Shown piece after piece: positions 55,336 to 64,000 of a stretch of 64,000 nt of DNA. Each line of letters starts with the position of its first letter. The first letter of the stretch is position 1. Origin of the DNA: Eledone cirrhosa (Eukaryota); contig OZ024744.1 in the NCBI GenBank assembly GCA_964016885.1, forward strand, positions 93,310,001-93,374,000. Reading direction: 5' to 3'. The translations under genes were made by a program, and so were the position numbers. The notes under the pieces were generated by a model. The model worked only from the letters and a program-made list of their open reading frames with translations, made no database searches and was not told where the DNA came from.

Positions 55336-55760
55336 ATACTTGGGGAGGGTCATATTGTTATAATATTGCCACAAATAATAACAGAATGCACTCACTGCTT
55401 GGTTTGGTTTGGTTTGGGTTGGTTTTCGCTTCTGTATCTTTTATATCTCCATATTTAATTTTTCTGCCAATCAATGTTTATCATTGATTCACCAACGGTT
55501 AAAAATACAGATATAAATATATATATATAGTCTATCAAAGTTCTTTTGTCACACATCTGTGACATCATCAGTGGTACTATTATGTTTCCTCCCGTTGTAT
55601 TGTAATGCCTTACCATTGGTCAATCAATGATAAACATTGATTGCCAGATAAATTAACTATGGAGATATAAAAGATACAGAAGCGAAAACCAACCCAAACC
55701 AAACAGCGAATGTGTTCTGTTATTATTTCTGGCAATATGACACTCCCCAAATGTAACAAT
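55330..55760. mobile_element. Fold-back PLE pLTR remnant in (TA)n
   Basis: Arms about 55330-55500 and 55612-55760 are inverted; termini match the 45.6-kb PLE end; HHR in the loop. Confidence 0.7.
55534..55575 (-). ncRNA. Degenerate hammerhead motif (46.9-kb family)
   Basis: ACCA-CTGATGA-T-GTCACA(GATG)TGTGAC-AAAA-GAAC-TT-TGAT; GAAA is mutated to AAAA. Confidence 0.5.
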
Positions 55761-56530
55761 ATATATATATATATGTCTATATGTGTGTACATAGATAGGG
55801 AGTTACCAATTTAGATTAGTAAGACCATTGTTTAGCTTAGTACTTGATACATATATGCATATAAACCAACATACATATTGCTATGTAGGTTAGAATTGGC
55901 TTTCTTTAGGCAATTTTTACTTGTATTCCCTCCCACAGTGTGATTTTGGCTTAAATTTAATATTTTTGTATATATATTCCACTGCAAAGTGGTCGTGGTA
56001 GTGCCACGGCAAAAAAGCACCCAGCCCACACTGTAAAGTGGACATGTAGGCGCCATGGAAAAAAAGCACCCAGCACTCACTGTAAATGAGGTTGGTGTTA
56101 GGAAGGGCATCCAGCTGTAGAAATCAAGCCAGAATCAGTTCCCGTCCCACCCTTGCAAGCATGGAAAAGCGTACGTAAAAAAAAATAGGATGATATATTT
56201 AATTTAAAATCTTAATTAAATGGATACAAATCAGACAAATTAAAATAAGTCAGTTTCACTCATGTAATGTCTCTAACTGCAGTTTCTGGAATTAAGAAAC
56301 AATACTAATTATCCCAATAAATTAAGATGATCAATATTGGAAGAATTATTCTGTCTTCAGGAGTAAATGTAATTAAAGAAAATATTGAATTGATAGCATA
56401 CAAACTATGTCATTAAATAGTTAATGTAGTTTCAGACTATATATGGTTATGGGGGTCTATCTCCAAAACCATAGGAGTAGTTCGTGAACAAACAAACAAA
56501 CAGACAGGAATACAACTTTATATATATATA

Positions 56531-56882
56531 TGGAGGCACATGGCTTAGTGGTTAGAGCATTGGCCTTGCAATCGAAAGGTTGTGAGTTCAATTCTCAGAC
56601 TGGGTGATGTGTTGTTTCCTTGAGCAAGACACTTTATTTCACATTGCTCCAGTTTACTCAGCTGTAGAAATGAGATGATAGGGACTGGGGTCCCTATCAT
56701 TCCACTGCAAAGTGGTCGTGGAGGTGCCACGGCAAAAAAGCACCCAGCACTCACTGTAAATGAGGTTGGTGTTAGGAAGGGCATCCAGCTGTAGAAATCA
56801 AGCCAGAATCAGTTCCCGTCCTACCCTTGCAAGCAGGGAAAAAGCGGACGTAAAATGAAATGATGATGATGATGATGATGAT
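56531..56882 (+). mobile_element. Full-length CORE-SINE with RTE tail in (TA)n
   Basis: As 22933. Confidence 0.9.
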
Positions 56883-57409
56883 ATATATATATATATAAAG
56901 TTGTATTCCTGTTTGTTTGTTTGTTTGTTTGTTCATGAACTGCTCCTATGGTTTTGAAGATAGACCCCCATAACCATATATAGTCTGAAACTACATTCAC
57001 TATTTAATGACATAGTTTGTATGCTACAGGGTACTTGGATAAGTATATTTCATCTTAATCAAAGGGTTCCTTGGGGGCACAAAACCTTGTTGAAAATGTT
57101 TTCCCTTCGATTTATACATAATTTAAATCATAGGTAAATGACAAGATACGATGCCTATTCATAAAAGTTTTGAATTGATATTTTGAAAAAAAATTATTTA
57201 CAAGAAACAAAATAAGAATAAGATTTAATAATGTAATTTTGATTTGATATATTACAGAAATTAATGTTTTTCCAATTATTCATGCATTACATTTTAAATT
57301 GAGTAATATTGAAATGCAGAGTTTTTCTCCATAAATTAAATCACTGATTTAAAATCAATCATCATTTCTTACAAAGAAAATGTGTGAATTCGGGTAGTAT
57401 ATATATATA

Positions 57410-59605
57410 TCATCATCATCATCATCATCGTTTAACGTCCATATTCCACGCTCGCTTGGGTTTGGACGGGAGTTTTCCCACTTGAGGCAAGAGTGGTTGT
57501 CTTGCTCGCATAGGACTGTCTGGCAGGTTTTCTACAGCTGGATGCCCTTCCTAACACCAACCACATTTACAGTGTGGAACTGGGAGGTTTTTACCTTGTT
57601 ACCTACACGGCCACATTACAGCGTGGACTGTGTGTTTTTTGTCGTGACACCTACACGACCTCATTTGTTTCGGGCTGGATGTTGTGGTACCAACATAACT
57701 TTACATTGAAAGGGGCGGTGTGGATGGGGTGGGGGTGGTGGGACGGGGTGTATTTTGTTAGAGATGCCTACTGACTGTAGTAGGTTTCACTTTGTACTTA
57801 GGTAAGGCGGATCTTCTCTATTACTGCGTAGTGCCAAAGATCTTGGTCCAGTGACATTGTCTTGGAGAGGTGTAAGTGTGTGAGGTCGGAATTTATCAAG
57901 TCATCCCAGGTTTTTCTGGGTCTGCCTACTCCGTGGCTACTGTCTATTTTTATTGCCCTGCACTTTTTTATACAGCTGTCCTCTTTCATGCGCATCACGT
58001 GACCATACCAATGTAGTCTTCTCTCGAGTAAACAGCATCTGATCCCTCTTATTTCTAATTTCTCCCTTAGTTCGTTTATGCTTTGCCGTTCACGTATATT
58101 ACTATTACACGTCCAGCGGAGCATGCAAGCTTTGTGTCTCTCCAGTCTGCGTATATCTTCTGCACGCAATGCCCAGGTCTCACTGCCATGTAACATTGCT
58201 GTTCGTATGCAGGCATCATACAGCCTGCCTTTCATTTTTAGAGAGAACCCTTTAGCAGCCAATAGTGGTATAAGCTCTCTGAACTTTTTCCATGCCGTTC
58301 TGACTCTAGCTACTGTACTTTCAGAGCACCCTTCCCCACTGCTGATTTTGTCACCCAGGTAACGGAAGCTGTCCACTATTTCTATAGAACCATTTGTGCA
58401 ATGGAATGAGTTAGTATTCTGTGGGCACTTGCTGCTACTTATTGCACCAGAGCACCGGCCACATATAAAATCTATATTCTTAGTTAGCTTACCTGTGATC
58501 CCACTACATCTTTTATGCACCCATACTTTGCATTTGGGACATAAAATGGAGTTTCTACCTACTCCTTTCCTACACAATGAGCATGGCCATTTCCCAGATG
58601 GAACCGGTGCCCTATTTTCCTTCCTACAAACTAGAACTTTAGTCTTAGACAAGTTAACTTTAAGGCCTTTTGATTCTAGGCCATGCTTCCATGTTTGGAA
58701 TTTCTTCTTTAGTTCAGCCCTTGATTCAGCTATGAGCGTTAGATCATCTGCATATAGGAGTTCCCATGGGCAGCCGGTCTTGAACTCCTCTGTTATAGCC
58801 TGAAGGGCAATAATAAATAGTAGGGGGCTAAGGACGGAGCCCTGATGAACACCAACTTTTACGCTAAACTCTTCACTATATTCGTTGTTAATTCTAACCT
58901 TGCTGACTGTTTCTTTATACATGGCTTGTATAGCTCTCACAAGCCATTCATCAACACCTAGTTTTCTAAGGGCCCACCAGATAATGGAGCGGGGTACTCT
59001 GTCAAAGGCTTTCTCCAAGTCAACAAAAGCTAAGTATAGGGGTTTACTTTTAGCTAGGTACTTCTCCTGTAGTTGTCGTACAATGAAAATAGTGTCTGTT
59101 GTACTTTTACCTGACACAAACCCGAACTGCATTTCATCTAGTTTCACCTCGCTCTATGATTAGTTGCGCATTTACTTTTTCTGTGACAATCATGACCTGG
59201 TCAATTAATTTAATAGTTTCCCCTATCTAGGGTATCACCTTTACCCTTGTAGCAGTTAATGATGATGCTGCTGCGCCAGTCCTTCGGAATGACCCCAGTC
59301 CTTCGGAACAACCCCATTCTGTATGACTTGGTTTACTATCCGGGTGACCATAGTGTGTCCCACCGTTCCAGATACTTTCAGAATTTCGGCAACTATTTCC
59401 GAAGGCCCGGCCGCCTTGCCCATTTTCATGTCTTTGATCGCCTTACTTATTATACTACCTTCAACTTGCACTGCTGGTCCCTCTATTGGGTCGATGTGGG
59501 GGAGACTGTCTTTCTCCCAATTATTCTCCTCATTTAGTAGCCTTTTGTAGTGACACTTCCAAGCTACCTTCTTATCAGCGTCAGTGATGGCAAGTACACC
59601 ATCAT
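57410..59605 (-). mobile_element. RTE LINE, longest copy (linker plus RT, frameshifted 5' part)
   Basis: AIKDMKMGKAAGPSEIVAE, then a 449-aa RT ORF with YADD. Confidence 0.96.
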
Positions 59606-59644
59606 CATTAAGTACACACTTATATATATATTTATATATATATA

Positions 59645-59925
59645 TTGTTATACTTGGGGAGGGTCATATTTGTGTAATATTGCCAGAATTAATAACAGAA
59701 CACACTCACTGTTTGGTTGGTTTTCGCTTCTCGCTGTCTTTTATATCGGTAATCTAACTTACTCGGTCCTCAATGTTGCCATTGACTGACCGACGGTCAA
59801 AAATAATACAGATACAATATAGACACAAACACATATATATAGTTTATCATAAATCTTTCGTGAGTGTGTTCTGTTATTAATTCTGGCAATATTACACAAA
59901 TATGACCCTCCCCAAGTATAACAAT
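59645..59925. mobile_element. Fold-back PLE pLTR remnant
   Basis: About 65-bp inverted termini ATTGTTATACTTGGGGAGGGTCATATTTG...CACACTCAC; only the 3' half of an HHR is present at the inversion junction. Confidence 0.7.
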
Positions 59926-59968
59926 ATTTGTTTCGACACACGATTTCATATAAAAAAACCTCGCAAAA

Positions 59969-60003
<35 letters not shown>

Positions 60004-60008
<5 letters not shown>

Positions 60009-60570
60009 TGTGATAATTATTGCTATTTTGCTGAACTCCTTTGTAGAGTTTTTTTCAGAATGTATTTGACTGCTATTTCTTGTAAATAAACATTCACTTC
60101 CATCCTGACGTCACTAGCCCCGTTTTTTCCTCATGTGCTTTTTCATAAATACACATGAAGGCGAACTAGCCAGTTTTAGAATTCCCTTTTTCGGATTATA
60201 TTACTGTGAGAGCCCTGGTTTTCTGTTGAGCTCTGCTGATGATTGAAATTCCAACCGTGACCATCTCCACTGAAAGTTTTCATGAAATAGTCTTTTAAGA
60301 CTATACAGAGCATTTGATGTTATTCCAAATTGAAGGATAAGTGTTTCAAACTTTATTTTATCATGAGTTAAAGGTCTATAGATTTTTCCCTGGATTTTAC
60401 TAAATTCTGTGGATGAATTTATATCCTGATTCTCTTTTGAGATGAGTTTGAGTTATTTTTCCTAAATCTTTCGTTAACTACTTTTCCCATCTTGACGTTA
60501 TAGTCGCATATATGTTATAGAATGCTGTTAGCTTCTTGCTAAAACAATCTCTATACCTCTCATTTATATA
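60004..60570 (+). mobile_element. ORF-less hammerhead-bearing element in (TA)n
   Basis: Colinear, diverged homolog of 48760-49318. Confidence 0.7.
60230..60311 (+). ncRNA. Type I hammerhead ribozyme
   Basis: GCTCTG-CTGATGA-TTGAAA...TTTCAT-GAAA-TAGTCTT(TT)AAGACTA-TA-CAGAGC. Confidence 0.86.
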
Positions 60571-60695
60571 TAAATATATATATATATATATTTATATATG
60601 AGGGCGGCTGGCTGTGAAGCTAGTTAGTCAGCCACTCTCTCTGTCTCTGGTTTCTCGGACCCATGGTTTTTTACATATTCCTTTGTTATATTCCA

Positions 60696-60753
60696 ATACC
60701 TGATGATATCACCGGATTCATATGGAACCCGGTCATTGAAATGATCATAGTAT
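60696..60753 (+). ncRNA. Type I hammerhead ribozyme with palindromic stem III
   Basis: ATAC-CTGATGA-TATCACCGG...CCGGTCATT-GAAA-TGATCA-TA-GTAT. Confidence 0.75.
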
Positions 60754-60820
60754 AATAAACCTTTCAAGGATTTACACCAGTCCAGCCTCCTGTTATTTCA
60801 TTTATATTTATATATATATA

Positions 60821-61161
60821 TGGAGGCACATGGCTAAGTGGTTAGAGCATTGGCCTTGCAATCGAAAGGTTGTGAGTTCAATTCTCAGACCGGGTGATGT
60901 GTTGTTTCCTTGAGCAAGACACTTTATTCCACATTGCTCCAGTTTACTCAGCTGTAGAAATGAGATGATAGGGACTGGGGTCCCTATCATTCCACTGCAA
61001 AGTGGTCGTGGAGATGCCACGGCAAAAAATCACCCAGCACTCACTGTAAATGAGGTTGGTGTTAGGAAGGGCATCCAGCTGTAGAAATCAAGCCAGAATC
61101 AGTTCCCGTCCCACCCTTGCAAGCAGGGAAAAAGCGGACGTAAAATGAAATGATGATGATG

Positions 61162-61167
<6 letters not shown>
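60821..61167 (+). mobile_element. Full-length CORE-SINE with RTE tail in (TA)n
   Basis: As 22933. Confidence 0.9.
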
Positions 61168-61198
<31 letters not shown>

Positions 61199-61202
61199 TA
61201 TT

Positions 61203-61277
<75 letters not shown>

Positions 61278-61642
61278 AAAGTAAATATATTGTAAACTGA
61301 GCTGAAGCTGACTAGTAACACATGGAGAATAGAGTTTATGACCTTTACATCACCAGCTAGTAAAATACTAAGTATAAATGAAAATGGGTCTCATTCTTTA
61401 TCTTGTTTAACAAAAGCCTTTTTTTAATCTTGTAGTTTGACATTTTTGACAATTGTGTGGGAATTCAAATAAAAAGACACATGATTGGATGCTTAATTCA
61501 ACAATAAGATTTACAATGGTCACCAACAATAGTGACACATATTTTCCTGCCTATGACAACAATTGATATGAACAAATCCTGACCCCCTGCTAATAAATTT
61601 AATAATTTTTTTGATTTACTAAAATTGTTCTCACATAGCTAG

Positions 61643-61765
61643 GAGGGTCAACTAAAAAGTTCCCAGGCTGACTATGAACTATGAAGGAGTGATGCTAGAG
61701 ATGTGAAATCTTGCATGCATTCATTTCAACTCTTGGTCAGCCTATGAAGTTCTCAGTCAACCCTC
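61643..61765. mobile_element. mariner-like MITE
   Basis: GAGGGTCAACTAAAAAGTTCCCAGGCTGAC / GTCAGCCTATGAAGTTCTCAGTCAACCCTC imperfect TIRs. Confidence 0.5.
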
Positions 61766-61784
61766 ATATCTATGTATGTATGTT

Positions 61785-62060
61785 ATCTCTTTCTCTTAAT
61801 TTCGAGTATATTTTTTTAGACCGGCCACCTTCCTGGTGGCAAGGTTGTAAAAGAAAAGAAATTGTCATCCCTTGAATCGCAAGAATGTTTTGCAAATTTT
61901 GAAGGTGCCAGCTATCGCAGCCACTTGTAGACTATGAATTAGGGAGCTGCGCTCTTTGTCCGCAAATCCAAGTTCAGTCATGCTTTGGTCCAAGCGGGTT
62001 GGTATATAACCCGTAGCTCCAATAATGATGGGTATGAAGCTAAAGGTGTATCTTGGATAC
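61785..62060 (-). mobile_element. R4/Dong-like RLE LINE 3' end
   Basis: PRYTFSFIPIIIGATGYIP...LQVAAIAGTFKICKTFLRFKG*, homologous to the 24.7-kb fragment; the 3' end abuts (TATG)n. Confidence 0.75.
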
Positions 62061-64000
62061 TGGCAACCTATATCAAGTGGAGTGCAGTACTTACCATCAA
62101 CTACGACATAATGCTGTAACTAAGGATTACCGTAAAACTAATCGGAGCGTCATCACTGAAATCAACGATGCTGGGTTTAAAATCACCTCTGATCTCAACA
62201 TCCTGGACCGGACCGAACCTCTGGACCCTATTTCTCCCCACTTTACCCTGAAGGATCACAAATCCAATTTTCCAAACAACCCCTCTATTCGGCTTATTAA
62301 CCCACGAAGTCCGATTTAGGTAGACTTAGTAAAAGGATTCTTGATAGAATTATACCTGAAATTAGAAGTTTGGCACCTCTTGCACTGTGGAACAATTCTT
62401 TCGCGGTGATTGATTGGTTCAACGGCATATGTAACAAGGAACATTGCCGTTTTATCCAATTCGACATCAACAATTACTACTCCTCCATCACTTTACCACT
62501 TCTCCTTAGAGCTATCAATTTCGCTAAAACACTCACAGTGGTTAAGGATTTCGAAGTTGATGTCATCCTCAATGCCCGTAAGTCGGTGATTAATTTCGAC
62601 GACTCTATTTAGATTAAAAAATCCAATAGTACCCCATTCGACGTGAGTATGGGCGCCAGCGATTCTGCGGAGGTTACTGATCTTATCGGCCTTTTCCTTC
62701 TTTTCTCTATCAAGAACGAATTCCCCAACGCGGGCGGTGGTTTGTACCATGATGATGCTCTTTTGACCATGACTAAGTGCGGACCTCGTGCTTGCGACAG
62801 GTTCAGAAAAGAACTACAGCCTTCTTTAAAGGCTTCAACCTCTCTATACAGGTTGAGGCCAACCTCTCGGTTGTTAATTACCTCGACGTTACCCTCAATT
62901 TATCGAATGGGTTGTATTACCCGTATAGAAAGCCGAATGATACGCTTAATTACATAAGTAAGCATTCCAACCATCCTGCCAGCATAACCAAGAACCTGGT
63001 AAGAAACGTTTCGTTGAGGCTTTCCCGTCTATCTACTAACGACCATATTTTCAACGACCATTCCACTTATTACAATGAAGCTCTTGCTCGGAGTGGATTT
63101 GTCGATAAGGTAGCATATTCAGAGTACGAAAATAGACCTAGAAGAAATAGATCCCATCGCATTTGTTGGTATAACCCACCATATAATATGGAGGTGGCCA
63201 CACCATTAGCTAAGATCTTTCTTTCCCTTATTACGAAGCATTTTCCACCTACACATAAATATAGTAAAATTTTTAATAGAAATACCATTAAAATTTCTTA
63301 CTCTACGACTCCTAACCTTGCACATAACATCACAGCTTCTAATTTAACTAAACTACCTAGCCGTAGGAACACGTGCAACCCTGTAGTTAGTACTAACTGT
63401 AATTGTAGGAATCGGGTTGACTGCCCCCTATCCGGGAAATGCCTCTCTAGTAACATTGTCTACAAATGTGAGGTTGAAACACCCACGTCCCATAGGGCCT
63501 ACATAGGGTTAACCGCCAATAGATTCAAGCAGCGTCTTTACATGCATACCCATTCTTTTCGTTACCCTCTAAGAAGGAATATGACGTCACTTTCAGCTTA
63601 TATCTGGAATCTACACACCCAATATAAGTTACACTGGGAGATCCTAGCTAGGGCTAGATCATATAATGGAAATAAAAGACCATGTGACCTCTGCGCCGCT
63701 GAGGCCCTGGAAATACTCTACGCCACAGACCACATCTTAAACAAAAATCTGAGGCAATTTCGGTTTGTAAACATAAATTGCACAAAACTTTCCTGTATTA
63801 CAGCCCCACGTTATCCCCTAACGGATAGTACGATCTATACGTGGAGATTTTACGTCTTGATGTGGTAGCTAAGTATATGTTATGTTTATACCATTACTTA
63901 TTTGCATAGGTAAGTATATATTACCTGTATGTTTTGTGAAGGTACGTATACTTTCTCGTACGTATATTTGATTGTATATGTTATGGCGGATAATTTTATA
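62055..64000 (+). mobile_element. Frameshifted Naiad-like Penelope element (RT plus GIY-YIG), running off the window end
   Basis: TLKDHK.NF...P..RLINP, FDINNYYSSI, MGASDSAEVTDLIG, LYHDD, WYNPPY, CNCR....CPL.GKC....IVY...YIG. Confidence 0.94.

Overview
Repeat-dominated animal genomic DNA, probably from a coleoid cephalopod such as Octopus (inferred from the CORE/Meta/Nin SINE set, RTE LINEs and microsatellite load). The only host coding sequence I can support is the last two exons of a minus-strand GRXCR1-like (glutaredoxin and cysteine-rich domain) gene at 52867-52802 and 36407-36222; the ORF track misses both. The rest is RTE LINE copies carrying a PHD-like finger, Penelope-like elements (PLEs) of at least two types, RLE-type LINE ends, SINEs, MITEs, an 82-bp satellite with a 1960-bp higher-order period, and several minisatellites. 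The most striking signal is about a dozen type I hammerhead ribozyme (HHR) motifs of several sequence families between 31 and 61 kb. Many lie in fold-back palindromes or ORF-less units inserted in (TA)n tracts, and nearly all lie in the introns of the GRXCR-like gene. All calls were made by eye; no search or folding program was run, and repeat boundaries are approximate.
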